Shown here piece after piece: positions 17,432 through 27,883 of a stretch of DNA of 64,000 nt. The position numbers and the translations under genes were made by a program. The notes below the pieces were generated by a model that made no database searches, was not told the DNA's origin, and worked only from the letters and a program-made list of their open reading frames with translations. This DNA comes from an uncultured Dehalococcoidales bacterium (GTDB lineage: Bacteria; Chloroflexota; Dehalococcoidia; GIF9; AB-539-J10), in contig CAZPGJ010000004.1 of NCBI GenBank assembly GCA_964586515.1, positions 85,701 to 149,700 of the forward strand, given 5' to 3'. Position 1 is the stretch's first letter, and the number at the start of each line of letters is the position of its first letter.

Positions 17432-18958
17432 TTACATCACCCTCTTTAGCCTGGGGTTGGGGGTGATGCCGGGCATTCTGCCTCTTTTGGCGATGGGTTT
17501 GCCTTCAACTTCGTGAAGGTCGGCGGTGAAGTCAATGGGCTTAGCATCGCTGATGTAACTGCCGACGGCGAAAATATCCACAGGCGCCCCTTCAGCGATA
17601 AAATATCTGATTCGTTCAGGGCCAAGTCCGCCGCTGACAACTATCTTTACGTCCTTAAATCCCTCGAGGTCCAGCCAGGCTCTAACTTCCTTGACCAGGT
17701 CGGCAGTAACCCGACCTCTTTCTGAAGGCGTATCTAGTCTTACCCCTTCCAACTTTCCTCGCATCGCTTTGGCCACAGTCACACTTTCTCTCACCTCGTC
17801 CTCAAAAGTATCCACTAGGGCAATGCGCGGCACTTCGGAAGGCATATGCTTGTCAAATGCAAGAGTGGCCTTAGTAGTGCTGCCCAGGATGATGATGAGG
17901 GCATGGGGAATAGTGCCGGTGGGTTGGATGTCGGCAAGTTTTGCTCCAGCGGTACTGGCGCAGCCAGTGCAGCCTCCGACTATAGCGGAGTATTCCATGA
18001 TGCCGACCACCGAGGGGTGGATGTGGCGGGCCCCGAAGCTGATGACAGGAATGCCCTGGGCAGCATCAACGCATTCTCGGGCAGCGGTGGCCCAACTGCT
18101 GCAATGTGAGAGTATGCCTAAATACGCAGTTTCATAAGTCCCGTAGCTCTGATAGGGGGCTTTTATGCGCAGGACTACTTCTTTTCTGTCGAAAGGCTCG
18201 CCTTGAGATAACGCCCAGACCTCACAATTATCCTTGGGAAGAATTTCAGCAAGCAAAGCTTTAACTTCCTCTATGCCGCACAGGATACCAGCTCGGCGAG
18301 GAAATACCTCCATAGTGGCTACGGGATTAATTCCTTCTTTCTTAAGTATTTCCACGGTGCGGGGAAAGTAGATATCGGCGGTTTCCCCGTTCAACCATGA
18401 GTCGGGGATTTCAAAACGAGGCGGGGCAACCTTAACTAAGGGTTTAACAAGCTTGGCTCCCAGCACCTTCTCCATATAGTCCAGGGCGAAGGAGTGGGCT
18501 TTTTTGTCGAAAGAAGCAACACAATCAACGGGGACTTCAACCTCATAGCGTCTGTCTCTGGCATCAATTACTGTGTGCAGAACGCAAATATGAGTGGTTA
18601 CGCCACAGACGACTATGGTTTCGGGCTTGATTGCCTTCAGTCTCTTATCTAAAGGAGTGTTGTAGAAGCTGCTAAAAGTTCTTTTGGGTATTATTTCACC
18701 GGGATATTGCAAAAGCTCGGGTATGAGTTCAGCTTCCACAGTACCTTCAATGCAATGGGGCGGGAACATCTTAAATTCCGGGTCGTTGGGTATATGGTGG
18801 TCACATACGTAGAATATTTTCGAGCCCTGCTCTAGCTCTCGGTCCAGTAATTTCTGGACGTTAGGTATGATGCCACGGGCCTCGATGCCGCAATAGAGTG
18901 GATAGCCTTCCTCGAGGAAGCCGCGCAGCATATCTGTTACGATTACTGCTCTGGCCAT
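17432..18958 (-). CDS. fusion: nicotinamidase/isochorismatase-family (PncA-like) + nicotinate phosphoribosyltransferase (PncB-like)
   Basis: N-terminal isochorismatase fold (IVVCGVTTHICVLHTVIDA with catalytic Cys); C-terminal about 330 aa NAPRTase-like; the ORF extends to 19009 but the start is taken at MARAVIV. Confidence 0.7.
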   Translation of the reverse strand: MARAVIVTDMLRGFLEEGYPLYCGIEARGIIPNVQKLLDRELEQGSKIFYVCDHHIPNDPEFKMFPPHCIEGTVEAELIPELLQYPGEIIPKRTFSSFYNTPLDKRLKAIKPETIVVCGVTTHICVLHTVIDARDRRYEVEVPVDCVASFDKKAHSFALDYMEKVLGAKLVKPLVKVAPPRFEIPDSWLNGETADIYFPRTVEILKKEGINPVATMEVFPRRAGILCGIEEVKALLAEILPKDNCEVWALSQGEPFDRKEVVLRIKAPYQSYGTYETAYLGILSHCSSWATAARECVDAAQGIPVISFGARHIHPSVVGIMEYSAIVGGCTGCASTAGAKLADIQPTGTIPHALIIILGSTTKATLAFDKHMPSEVPRIALVDTFEDEVRESVTVAKAMRGKLEGVRLDTPSERGRVTADLVKEVRAWLDLEGFKDVKIVVSGGLGPERIRYFIAEGAPVDIFAVGSYISDAKPIDFTADLHEVEGKPIAKRGRMPGITPNPRLKRVM

Positions 18959-18962
18959 GACA

Positions 18963-19283
18963 TCACCAATGCTCGGGTTCAGGCGTATAGTTTTTACGCA
19001 GGAAGGCAATGTAATCTTCTAGCAAAGAAGCTGCCTTCCTGCCGTCCCCCTCCTTTAGAACCTCTAAAGTATTCTGGAGCATCTGTAATTCACTTTCTAT
19101 CTGTGGCGTCAGATTGCCAATGTTGCCACAACAAGAACCCCAGTCTGCCCTGGCCAGGTGCGATTCCTTCATTTTTATCATCTTTTCCACCTCGGCAATA
19201 CACTCCGCCTTTTTTTTCGGGTCAGCTATCTTCTCCCTAAGGGACATAACGCTGTTCATAGTTTCTTTGCTAATCATGAACAT
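18963..19283 (-). CDS. hypothetical small protein (106 aa) directly upstream of the pncA-pncB fusion
   Basis: ORF only; its stop lies 4 bp before the downstream gene start, which suggests an operon. Confidence 0.35.
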   Translation of the reverse strand: MFMISKETMNSVMSLREKIADPKKKAECIAEVEKMIKMKESHLARADWGSCCGNIGNLTPQIESELQMLQNTLEVLKEGDGRKAASLLEDYIAFLRKNYTPEPEHW

Positions 19284-19299
19284 TTCTCACCTCCTTCAT

Positions 19300-19445
19300 A
19301 GAAACCCTAAATCCTAATATCTACATTATAAACAAATTCCAAATCCTAATTCCAAAGTTTAAAAGCCTCGCATTTTGGGCTTGAAGTTTTGAGCTTTGAT
19401 ACAAAATCCAAATTCTTAAAGTTTAGGATTTAGAGCTTAGTGCTT
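19300..19445. repeat. AT-rich intergenic repeat cluster (CTAAATCCTAA / AAATCCAAAT / CTAAGCTCTAAA words in direct and inverted orientation)
   Basis: Same words recur at 28815-28880. Confidence 0.6.
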
Positions 19446-19458
19446 CGTATTTCTCGTT

Positions 19459-20988
19459 TCAGTGTCTAAAGTGGCGGACACCGGTAAATACCATGGCTAT
19501 ATTATACTTGTTGGCCAGCTCAATTACCTCTTTATCTCTTACCGAACCACCGGGCTGGATAATGGCGGTAACTCCGTGCTTGATGGCCAATTCCGGACCG
19601 TCGGTAAAAGGGAAAAAAGCGTCTGAGGCAAGGACGCTGTCCTTAGCCCGGTCACCGGCTCTTTTCAAAGCTAGCTCAACGGCTACCACGCGGCTGGGCT
19701 GTCCGGCTCCCATGCCTAACAGTGTTTTGTCCTTGGCGATAACTATGGCGTTAGATTTTATGCCTTTGACTGCCTTCCAGGCAAAGAGCAGGTCTGATAG
19801 CTCGGCCTTGCTGGGTTGGCGCTTGGTTACCACGCGAGGCTTAAGTTCGGGTTCGGCTAAAATGTCCGGCACTTGGGCCAGAAAGCCGCCCCTGACACGG
19901 CGAAAGTCGAGGTGTGGTTCGGAGGACGAAGGACGATAAGGGGCAACTTTAGCAAGGCACAGGCTTTCTTTTCGTCTTAGTAATTCCAGAGCCTTTTCTT
20001 CATATTCTGGGGCGACAATGGCGTCGTAATGAGACTTAGCTATTTCTTGGGCAGTAGCCAGATCGATAATACGGTTGCTGGCAACTATGCCGCCAAAGGC
20101 AGCTACAGGATCGCCAGTTAAAGCCCGTCGATAAGCCTCGGCTGAATCATTATGGGAAGCGAGTCCGCAGGAATTATTGTGCTTCATTATGGCAATGGTG
20201 GGAGCAGTAAAATCGCTCAACACGTTTAAAGCAGCATCTAAATCGAGAAGGTTGTTGAAGGAAATTTCGGGTCCGCCAAGCTGTTCCAGAGATGCCAGAC
20301 CGTCTTGTCTTTGTCTGACATTTTGTTCAATGTAGAAAGCAGCTTGCTGATGGGGATTCTCGCCATAGCGAAGGTTACGAGCCTTTTTTAAGGCTATGGT
20401 CATCTCCTCGGGAAAGGCTTCTTCGTTAAGGTATTGAGCAATGGCTGTATCATAAAGAGCCACATGCTGGAAAGCTTTGTGGGCTAACCGCTTCCTATAT
20501 TCTGAATCTATGTTGCCCTGGCGCAGCTTTTGCAAGATTGCATCGTAATCGCCGGGGTCGACTACTACCAGGACGGATGGGAAATTTTTGGCTGCGGAGC
20601 GAATCATGCTTGGTCCGCCAATATCGATATTCTCCAGCGCCTCGTCTAAGGAAACTTCAGCCCTGGTCACTGTTTCCACAAAGGGGTAGAGGTTGACCAC
20701 CACCATGTCAATGAGTTCAATGCGGTTCTGAGCTAGTTGGGATAGATGCTGGGGAAGGTCACGTCGGGCTAAGATGCCTCCGTGCACTGCGGGATGCAAA
20801 GTCTTCACCCGGCCATCGAGGATTTCAGGAAAGCCAGTAAGCTCTGAGACACTACGTATTTTTACTCCAGCAGCCTCTAAAGACTTCTTGGTCCCACCGG
20901 TGCTAAATATCTCAATGCCCAGCTCTTTTAGACCTCGGGCAAAATCAACCACGCCTGATTTATCCGAAACACTAATTATGGCGCGCAT
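19459..20988 (-). CDS. purH: bifunctional AICAR transformylase / IMP cyclohydrolase
   Basis: 509 aa, MGS-like N-terminus plus AICARFT domain. Confidence 0.9.
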   Translation of the reverse strand: MRAIISVSDKSGVVDFARGLKELGIEIFSTGGTKKSLEAAGVKIRSVSELTGFPEILDGRVKTLHPAVHGGILARRDLPQHLSQLAQNRIELIDMVVVNLYPFVETVTRAEVSLDEALENIDIGGPSMIRSAAKNFPSVLVVVDPGDYDAILQKLRQGNIDSEYRKRLAHKAFQHVALYDTAIAQYLNEEAFPEEMTIALKKARNLRYGENPHQQAAFYIEQNVRQRQDGLASLEQLGGPEISFNNLLDLDAALNVLSDFTAPTIAIMKHNNSCGLASHNDSAEAYRRALTGDPVAAFGGIVASNRIIDLATAQEIAKSHYDAIVAPEYEEKALELLRRKESLCLAKVAPYRPSSSEPHLDFRRVRGGFLAQVPDILAEPELKPRVVTKRQPSKAELSDLLFAWKAVKGIKSNAIVIAKDKTLLGMGAGQPSRVVAVELALKRAGDRAKDSVLASDAFFPFTDGPELAIKHGVTAIIQPGGSVRDKEVIELANKYNIAMVFTGVRHFRH

Positions 20989-20998
20989 AGAGCCTCCT

Positions 20999-22021
20999 TT
21001 AGTTTATTACTACTTTTTCCTCGGTTTCTCTCTTAATTATCTCGCCGATAACTTTAGCCTGGGGCAAGATACCGACAATCTTGGCTACCTGCTGGGGGGA
21101 ACAAACGATGGTCATGCCTATCCCCATGTTGAACACCTGATACATTTCTGCTTCTTTTATATCGCCTTCTTTTTGAATTAGCTTGAAAATTGGCAGAATG
21201 TCCCAGGAATGCTTTTTTATGTGGGCAGCAACCCCTTCAGGCAGTATGCGAGGTATATTGCCCACAAAGCCGCCGCCAGTGATATGAGCTATAGCTTTGG
21301 TTGAGGGCAAGGCTGGCTTGAGTTGCGGGTAATAGCAGCGATGGACCTGGAGCAATTCTTCACCAAGGCTCTTGCCTAGCTCAGGATAAAATTTGTTTAG
21401 GCACGAAGGGTTAGCATCTATGCCAAAGACTCTGCGCACTAATGAATAACCATTGGTATGTAAACCAGATGAAGGCAGGCCAAGGATTACATCGTCGGGA
21501 ACAATGGAGCTGCCATCGATGATATTCTTTTTCTCCGCCACTCCGACAACGAAACCTACCAGGTCATAATTTCCTTGGGAGTATATACCGGGCATCTCGG
21601 CGGTTTCACCGCCGATTAATGAGCAGCCAACTTCTCGGCAGGCCTGGACTATACCCGAAATGATGGCTTCTATCTGCTCAGGTCTAAGTTTTTCCATGGC
21701 AATATAGTCGAGGAAGAAAAGGGGCTCGGCGCCGCAACAAAGGATATCATTCACGCAGTGGTTGACGATGTCCATGCCTACGGTATCGTTTTTCCCCAGA
21801 AGCGAGGCTATTTTGAGCTTGGTGCCTACTCCGTCAGTGCTGGAGACTAAAACTGGCTCATGATATCCTTGGAGCTGAAACATGCTGCCGAAAAATTCTG
21901 AGCCAATGACTTCGGAGCGAAAGGTAGTTCGAGCTTGTTGGGCAATAATTTTCTTTACTTTGTCAGCAAGGTGAATGTCTACACCAGCGAGGGCATAAGC
22001 CTGTTCAGTGGTCGGCTCCAA
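20999..22021 (-). CDS. purM: phosphoribosylformylglycinamidine cyclo-ligase (AIR synthase)
   Basis: 340 aa PurM-like, GDGVGTKLK-type motif (DGVGTKLKIA). Confidence 0.9.
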   Translation of the reverse strand: MEPTTEQAYALAGVDIHLADKVKKIIAQQARTTFRSEVIGSEFFGSMFQLQGYHEPVLVSSTDGVGTKLKIASLLGKNDTVGMDIVNHCVNDILCCGAEPLFFLDYIAMEKLRPEQIEAIISGIVQACREVGCSLIGGETAEMPGIYSQGNYDLVGFVVGVAEKKNIIDGSSIVPDDVILGLPSSGLHTNGYSLVRRVFGIDANPSCLNKFYPELGKSLGEELLQVHRCYYPQLKPALPSTKAIAHITGGGFVGNIPRILPEGVAAHIKKHSWDILPIFKLIQKEGDIKEAEMYQVFNMGIGMTIVCSPQQVAKIVGILPQAKVIGEIIKRETEEKVVIN

Positions 22022-23417
22022 TGAGGTCCTCCTGGGGCAGGGCTTCCAAAGCTAGTTTGTCCATTTCTATTTGAACTGGAATGGGGTATGCTCCGGTAAA
22101 ACAAGCAAGGCAGAAAATATCTTTGGGCAGGTCCACAGCCCGAATTAGGCCATCGAGGCTAAGGTATCCCAGTGAATCGGCACCGAGGTGCTCCTTGATT
22201 TCCGGGACGGTTTTCCTGGCGGCAATAAGTTCCCATTTAGTGGCCATATCTACTCCAAAGAAGCAAGGGTAGCGAATGGGTGGGGCGCAGATGCGGATAT
22301 GAACCTCGGCGGCACCAGCTTTTCTGAGCAGGTTAACCACACGGGGAGTGGTGGTGCCACGAACGATGCTGTCGTCGACGACTACTAGCCTTTTCCCAGC
22401 AATTATACGGGAAAGGGGGTTGAATTTTAATTGGACGCCAAGCTCCCGTATCCTTTGGTCAGGCTCGATAAAAGTACGTCCTACATAGCGGTTTTTTAAC
22501 AAGCCTTCGCAATATGGGATACCCGAGGCATGAGAATAGCCAATGCCAGCGGCAGTGGCTGAATCAGGAACACCCATGACAAAATCAGCATCGACAGGAT
22601 ATTCTTTAGCTAATATTCTACCCATAGCTTCCCTGGCCGGGTAGAGTAGTTTGCCTTGGATGATGCTGTCGGGACGGGCGAAATAAATGTATTCAAAGAT
22701 GCACAAGGCCTTTCTATCACTTTCCTTCTTAAAACTCTTCACTCCCTGGCTATCAATGACCAAAATTTCTCCAGGATTGATTTCCCTTATGAATTGGGCA
22801 CCTATATGGTCTAAGGCGCAACTTTCCGAGGCGATGCTCCAGCCACCATCAATAGTTCCGAGACAAAGAGGGCGAACACCGAAGGGGTCACGAACTCCGA
22901 TCAGTTTATTTTCAGCTAAGATTACCAAGGAATAAGCTCCTTGGAGGCGGTGCATGGCGTATTCTATTTTTTCCTGCCAGTTCTGGCCGGGGGAGGCCAA
23001 AATCAGGTTGGCAATGACTTCGGAATCATTGCTAGTGTGAAAATGATAGCCACGCTCCTGGAGTTCATCGCGGAGCACTTTGGAGTTGATGATATTGCCA
23101 TTATGCGCTAGGGCAATGGTCAACCCATCAGATTTTGCTATGATGGGCTGGGCATTCATAGGTCTGCTTGAGCCTGTAGTAGAGTAGCGATTATGCCCGA
23201 TGCTAATATATCCTTGGAGCAAAGCGAGGTCAGTTTCTGTGAATGCCTGGGAAACTAATCCCATACGGGTATGTATTTTTATTTCGTTGCCATCGGTGAC
23301 AGCGATGCCAGCACTTTCTTGACCGCGATGTTGTAGAGCAAAGAGGGCAAAGAAAGTCGCCTGAGCTACATTTATACTCCGGGCATAAACCCCGAAAACG
23401 CCGCAACTTTCATGCAT
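22005..23417 (-). CDS. purF: amidophosphoribosyltransferase
   Basis: N-terminal MHESCGVFGV (Ntn Cys) and a PRTase domain. Confidence 0.9.
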   Translation of the reverse strand: MHESCGVFGVYARSINVAQATFFALFALQHRGQESAGIAVTDGNEIKIHTRMGLVSQAFTETDLALLQGYISIGHNRYSTTGSSRPMNAQPIIAKSDGLTIALAHNGNIINSKVLRDELQERGYHFHTSNDSEVIANLILASPGQNWQEKIEYAMHRLQGAYSLVILAENKLIGVRDPFGVRPLCLGTIDGGWSIASESCALDHIGAQFIREINPGEILVIDSQGVKSFKKESDRKALCIFEYIYFARPDSIIQGKLLYPAREAMGRILAKEYPVDADFVMGVPDSATAAGIGYSHASGIPYCEGLLKNRYVGRTFIEPDQRIRELGVQLKFNPLSRIIAGKRLVVVDDSIVRGTTTPRVVNLLRKAGAAEVHIRICAPPIRYPCFFGVDMATKWELIAARKTVPEIKEHLGADSLGYLSLDGLIRAVDLPKDIFCLACFTGAYPIPVQIEMDKLALEALPQEDLIGADH

Positions 23418-23534
23418 AAAAAGTTGCCTTTACTAGCCAATTATAAATCATCTCGCTCTTCTGGTCAATTTCTATACAAGATTTTGTTATCGTGATATGA
23501 TATACGGCATTACTAAATTAGGGAGTCTATAACA

Positions 23535-23798
23535 GTGGACAAGGAAAAAAAGGGGGAAATCATTACCCAATTTAGACTTAAGGAAAATGATAGCGGGTCT
23601 GTCGAGGTCCAGGTAGCTTTGCTTACCGAGAGGATAAATCGGTTGACCGAGCATCTCAAGTTATATCCTCGGGACCGGCACTCCCGACATGCACTCCATG
23701 GGGTGATAGGGAAGCGGAGGCGTTTTTTGAACTACCTGAACAGGACGGCGCCCGAGCGATATTATTCTCTTATTAGTAGATTGAGTTTGAGGGAATAA
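23535..23798 (+). CDS. rpsO: 30S ribosomal protein S15
   Basis: 87 aa; LTERINRLTEHLK...HSRHAL signature. Confidence 0.85.
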   Translation: MDKEKKGEIITQFRLKENDSGSVEVQVALLTERINRLTEHLKLYPRDRHSRHALHGVIGKRRRFLNYLNRTAPERYYSLISRLSLRE

Positions 23799-23799
23799 T

Positions 23800-25986
23800 A
23801 TGTCTGATGTTTTTGAGCGTTCGATAGCTGGCAGGACACTTGGCATTCAGGTAGGGAAATTCGCTCAGCAAGCCAATGGTGCTGTCGCTGTTCAATATGG
23901 TAACACGGTTGTCTTGGTTACTGCCTGTGCCAGCTCTGAACCCCGAGAGGGGATAGATTTTGCCCCTCTAACAGTGGATTATGAAGAAAGGCTCTATGCC
24001 GCTGGCAAAATACCGGGCAGCTTCATCAGGCGGGAAGGACGCCCTACTGAGGAAGCAGTTATAACTAGCCGGCTCATCGATCGCTCCCTGCGCCCGCTTC
24101 TTTCCAAGGAGTTTAATTACGATGTTCAAGTTGTGGCGACAGTGCTATCTGTGGACCAAGAAAATGACCCTGATATTTGTGCTCTTATTGGCGCTTCAGC
24201 AGCCTTGACATTATCGGATATCCCATTCTTTGGTCCTATATCGGCGGTACACGTTGGCTATATAAACGATGCTCTAGTCGTGAATCCCCCCTTAGCTCAA
24301 ATGGAAAATAGCTTGCTCGATATAGTCGTTGCTAGCACTAGTAAAGACATTGTGATGGTGGAAGCAGGTGCCAAAGAAATTTCCGAAGAAATATTGCTTG
24401 AGGCAATTAAGTTGGGACACGAGGCGAATCAGGAGGTCATTAAGCTTCAAGAAGAACTACAGCGAATTTATGGCAAAGCCAAGGTAGAAATCAAATCTAA
24501 GGAACTTGCTCCTGAGCTTCCATCTCAAATCGCTTCCATACTTGATGAGAAATTAGGCCGTGTTCTCGAGGAACCAGGGAAACTGCAAAGAGATAAGGCT
24601 TTAACGTCTCTCAAGGAAGAAATAAGGAATAAGTTAGTTGATTCTTTTTCTGAAGATGAAATCAATTTTACTTTTGAAACCCAGCTTAGAACTGCGGTGA
24701 GGGGAAGAATATTGCAGACGAGGCGGCACTTGGACGGTCGCCAAACTAAAGGCATTCGTCCTATTAGCTGTGAAGTTGGTATCCTGCCTCGCACCCATGG
24801 CTCAGGATTATTTGCCCGTGGGGAAACACAGGTGTTGACTATTACCACTTTGGGGTCTACAAGTCGGGAGCAGTTATTGGATGGCTTAGGTCTGGAGGAA
24901 ACTAAACGCTTTATGCATCATTATAATTTTCCTCCCTTTTCTACTGGTGAGGTGAAACGAATAGGAACAACAGGGAGGCGCGAGATTGGGCATGGCGCTT
25001 TAGTGGAACGGGCTATTGCATCAGTACTGCCATCGGAGGATGATTTTCCTTACACTATACGTCTGGTTTCCGAGGTACTTAGTTCTCACGGAAGCACATC
25101 AATGGCTAGCGCTTGTGCTTCGACTCTCTCCTTGATGGATGCCGGTGTGCCTATAAAGGCGCCTGTGGCCGGGATAGCCATGGGTTTGGTTACCGGAAAG
25201 GATGAGGGCTATGTTGTTCTAACTGATATTGTGGGTATGGAAGATGCCTATGGGGACATGGATTTCAAAGTTGCTGGCACAGCTCGTGGGCTCACGGCTT
25301 TGCAGCTTGATATCAAGCTGCAGGGGATAAGTTATGGCATCCTGGCTGAAGCCTTAAGTCAGGCCCGTGAGGCAAGGTTGGAAATACTGGGGAAAATGAG
25401 TTTAGCTATCAGTGCTAGTCGCTCTGAACTCAGTCCCTATGCTCCCAGGATGTATGAAATGACGATTGATCCGAGTAAGATTGGGACCGTCATCGGTCCT
25501 GGGGGTAAGGTTATAAGGTCTATTATAGATGAAACCAAAACAACTATAGATATAAAAAACGATGGTAAGGTTCTCGTTGGCTCTCCAAACGAAGAGGCAG
25601 CCCAGAAAGCAATCAAAATAATTCAGGACTTGACTCGGGAAGTGGAGCAAGGAGAGATTTACACTGGGAAGGTAACCAGGCTGTTCAATTTTGGTGCCAT
25701 GGTAGAAATTCTGCCGGGGAAGGAAGGCCTCGTCCATATCAGCGAGCTTGCTAACTACCATGTACCTCAAGTCGAAGACGTGGTTAAAGTGGGCGATGAG
25801 GTAATGGTGAAAGTCATCGGGATTGACAATTCTGGTAGGATAAATTTATCGCGCAAAGCAATATTGGAAGGGCTTTCCAATCTCCCTGGTGCTAAAATTA
25901 GGAATTCCTCGGTTCCCAAGGACCGTCAGAGGAAATTTGTTCATCCACGTGGCAGGAGAGAGCAACATGGCAACCGTAGTAAATAA
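23800..25986 (+). CDS. pnp: polynucleotide phosphorylase
   Basis: 728 aa, two RNase PH domains, KH and S1 domains; classic rpsO-pnp linkage. Confidence 0.9.
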   Translation: MSDVFERSIAGRTLGIQVGKFAQQANGAVAVQYGNTVVLVTACASSEPREGIDFAPLTVDYEERLYAAGKIPGSFIRREGRPTEEAVITSRLIDRSLRPLLSKEFNYDVQVVATVLSVDQENDPDICALIGASAALTLSDIPFFGPISAVHVGYINDALVVNPPLAQMENSLLDIVVASTSKDIVMVEAGAKEISEEILLEAIKLGHEANQEVIKLQEELQRIYGKAKVEIKSKELAPELPSQIASILDEKLGRVLEEPGKLQRDKALTSLKEEIRNKLVDSFSEDEINFTFETQLRTAVRGRILQTRRHLDGRQTKGIRPISCEVGILPRTHGSGLFARGETQVLTITTLGSTSREQLLDGLGLEETKRFMHHYNFPPFSTGEVKRIGTTGRREIGHGALVERAIASVLPSEDDFPYTIRLVSEVLSSHGSTSMASACASTLSLMDAGVPIKAPVAGIAMGLVTGKDEGYVVLTDIVGMEDAYGDMDFKVAGTARGLTALQLDIKLQGISYGILAEALSQAREARLEILGKMSLAISASRSELSPYAPRMYEMTIDPSKIGTVIGPGGKVIRSIIDETKTTIDIKNDGKVLVGSPNEEAAQKAIKIIQDLTREVEQGEIYTGKVTRLFNFGAMVEILPGKEGLVHISELANYHVPQVEDVVKVGDEVMVKVIGIDNSGRINLSRKAILEGLSNLPGAKIRNSSVPKDRQRKFVHPRGRREQHGNRSK

Positions 25987-26018
25987 ATTGCTTTACTGGT
26001 GAGGAGAGAGAAAGGAAC

Positions 26019-26828
26019 ATGACTTCTTCTTTAGAACCCATAAGAGTAGTTATTAATGGCGCTTTAGGCAGGATGGGGCAAGAGATAACTAAAGCTGTGG
26101 TTTGCGAGCCCGGATTAAGGGCAGTGGGTGCTGTAGAAAAGGAAGTAACTCAGCAATATCTCCCCTTAGCTGATGCTCCTGAACTGATACTCCTTTCTTC
26201 CGATTTAGAATCGCTTTTAAGGAGCTGCGATGCAGATGTGGTGGTAGATTTCACTAATGCCGAGGTTTCTATGGCAGCCGCCCGCATTGCTATTAAACAA
26301 AAAGTTAACATGGTTATAGGCACCTCAGGCCTTACTGAGGAGAATTTGGCAGAAATTGAAAAATTATGCCAGGCCAATAAGGTAGGGGCGGTAGTGGCAC
26401 CCAATTTTTCCCTAGGGGCGGCACTTTTGATACATCTATCAAAATTTGCCGCCAAGTTTTTCAACCACGCCGAAATTATCGAAATGCATCATGATAAAAA
26501 GGCTGATGCTCCTTCAGGGACTGCTATGGCTACAGCCAGAGCGATGTCGCAAATGCATGGTAAACCATTCATTTATCCTGAAGTTACACGTGAAGTACTC
26601 AGCAATACCAGAGGAGGACAGATGGATGGCATAGCTATCCATAGCTTGAGGTTGCCGGGATTTGTGGCTGGGCAAGAGGTTGTATTTAGCGGAGCAGGTG
26701 AAACCCTAAGCTTACGTCACAATATTATAAGTCGGGAGTGTTTCTTGCCTGGCGTTATTCTGGCAATTAAGGAAGTGATAAAACGCAAGGGGCTAACTTA
26801 CGGGTTGGATGCCTTGCTAAAGCTGTAG
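26019..26828 (+). CDS. dapB: 4-hydroxy-tetrahydrodipicolinate reductase
   Basis: IRVVINGALGRMG N-terminus, HHDKKADAPSGTA motif. Confidence 0.85.
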   Translation: MTSSLEPIRVVINGALGRMGQEITKAVVCEPGLRAVGAVEKEVTQQYLPLADAPELILLSSDLESLLRSCDADVVVDFTNAEVSMAAARIAIKQKVNMVIGTSGLTEENLAEIEKLCQANKVGAVVAPNFSLGAALLIHLSKFAAKFFNHAEIIEMHHDKKADAPSGTAMATARAMSQMHGKPFIYPEVTREVLSNTRGGQMDGIAIHSLRLPGFVAGQEVVFSGAGETLSLRHNIISRECFLPGVILAIKEVIKRKGLTYGLDALLKL

Positions 26829-26836
26829 GAAAGGCC

Positions 26837-27883
26837 ATGGAAGGATTCAACGTAGCTGTTATTGGCGCTACCGATATTGTAGGGCAAGAAATTGTTAAGA
26901 TATTTGAGCAGCGTAAGTTCCCCGTAGCTTCCATCCAATTACTAACCCCTGAATATTCTTCTGGGGTGAAACTCCTCTTTAATCATCAAAGAATTGAGGT
27001 TAGGGAAGCGAAGGCAGAGGCGTTTCGTGATGTTGATATTGCCTTTTTCTCTGCTGATTCTGATATTAGTCGGAGGTTAGCGCCTTTGGCTGCCGAAGCT
27101 GGAGCGGTGGTCATTGATAATAGTGCTGCTTTCAGGATGAACCCTACAGTGCCTCTGGTAGTCCCAGAAGTCAATCCTGGGGATATAGAATGGCATAAAG
27201 GGATAATCGCCAGTCCGAATTGCTCCGCAATCCAAATGGTGGTAGCGCTTCATCCCTTGCACAAGATCAATCCCATAAAGAGAATTATAGTGAGCACTTA
27301 CGAGTCAGTATCAAGTAGTGGCGGTGTTGCTCTGAAAGAAGTGACAAATCAAGCACGGTTAGTTTTGGAAGGGCGTCGTATTTGCCCTCATGTCTATTCT
27401 CATCAAATAGCCTTTAATGTACTGCCAGAAATCGGTGTCTTTTTGGATAATGGATATACTAAAGAAGAACAGAGAATGGTGGAAGAAACGCGGAAGATAC
27501 TGCATGATGAAGACGTAGCTATTTCGGCTACTTGCGTCCGAGTTCCTGTTTACTTTGGGCATAGTGAAGCAGTCAACGTGGAATTCAGTTCGCCCATCAC
27601 CCCTGAAGAAGCAAAGAAGATTTTGGCGCAAGCTCCTGGAGTCAGGGTACTTGATGACCCCACCGTCAGTTTTTACCCTCAACCCTGGGCTGCTAGCGGG
27701 TCAGATCATGTATTTGTAGGCCGGATTAGAAAAGATATCTCGCATCCCAGCGGACTTGTTATGTGGATAGTGGCTGATAATCTGCGTAAAGGGGCAGCGC
27801 TAAATGCTGTGCAAATTGCTGAGGAGGGGATAGAGAAGGGTTGGATAGGCCTTAAGGAGAGTTTAGCCAGTTTAAATGAATAG
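26837..27883 (+). CDS. asd: aspartate-semialdehyde dehydrogenase
   Basis: VAVIGATDIVGQ N-terminus and active-site SPNCSAI. Confidence 0.9.
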   Translation: MEGFNVAVIGATDIVGQEIVKIFEQRKFPVASIQLLTPEYSSGVKLLFNHQRIEVREAKAEAFRDVDIAFFSADSDISRRLAPLAAEAGAVVIDNSAAFRMNPTVPLVVPEVNPGDIEWHKGIIASPNCSAIQMVVALHPLHKINPIKRIIVSTYESVSSSGGVALKEVTNQARLVLEGRRICPHVYSHQIAFNVLPEIGVFLDNGYTKEEQRMVEETRKILHDEDVAISATCVRVPVYFGHSEAVNVEFSSPITPEEAKKILAQAPGVRVLDDPTVSFYPQPWAASGSDHVFVGRIRKDISHPSGLVMWIVADNLRKGAALNAVQIAEEGIEKGWIGLKESLASLNE

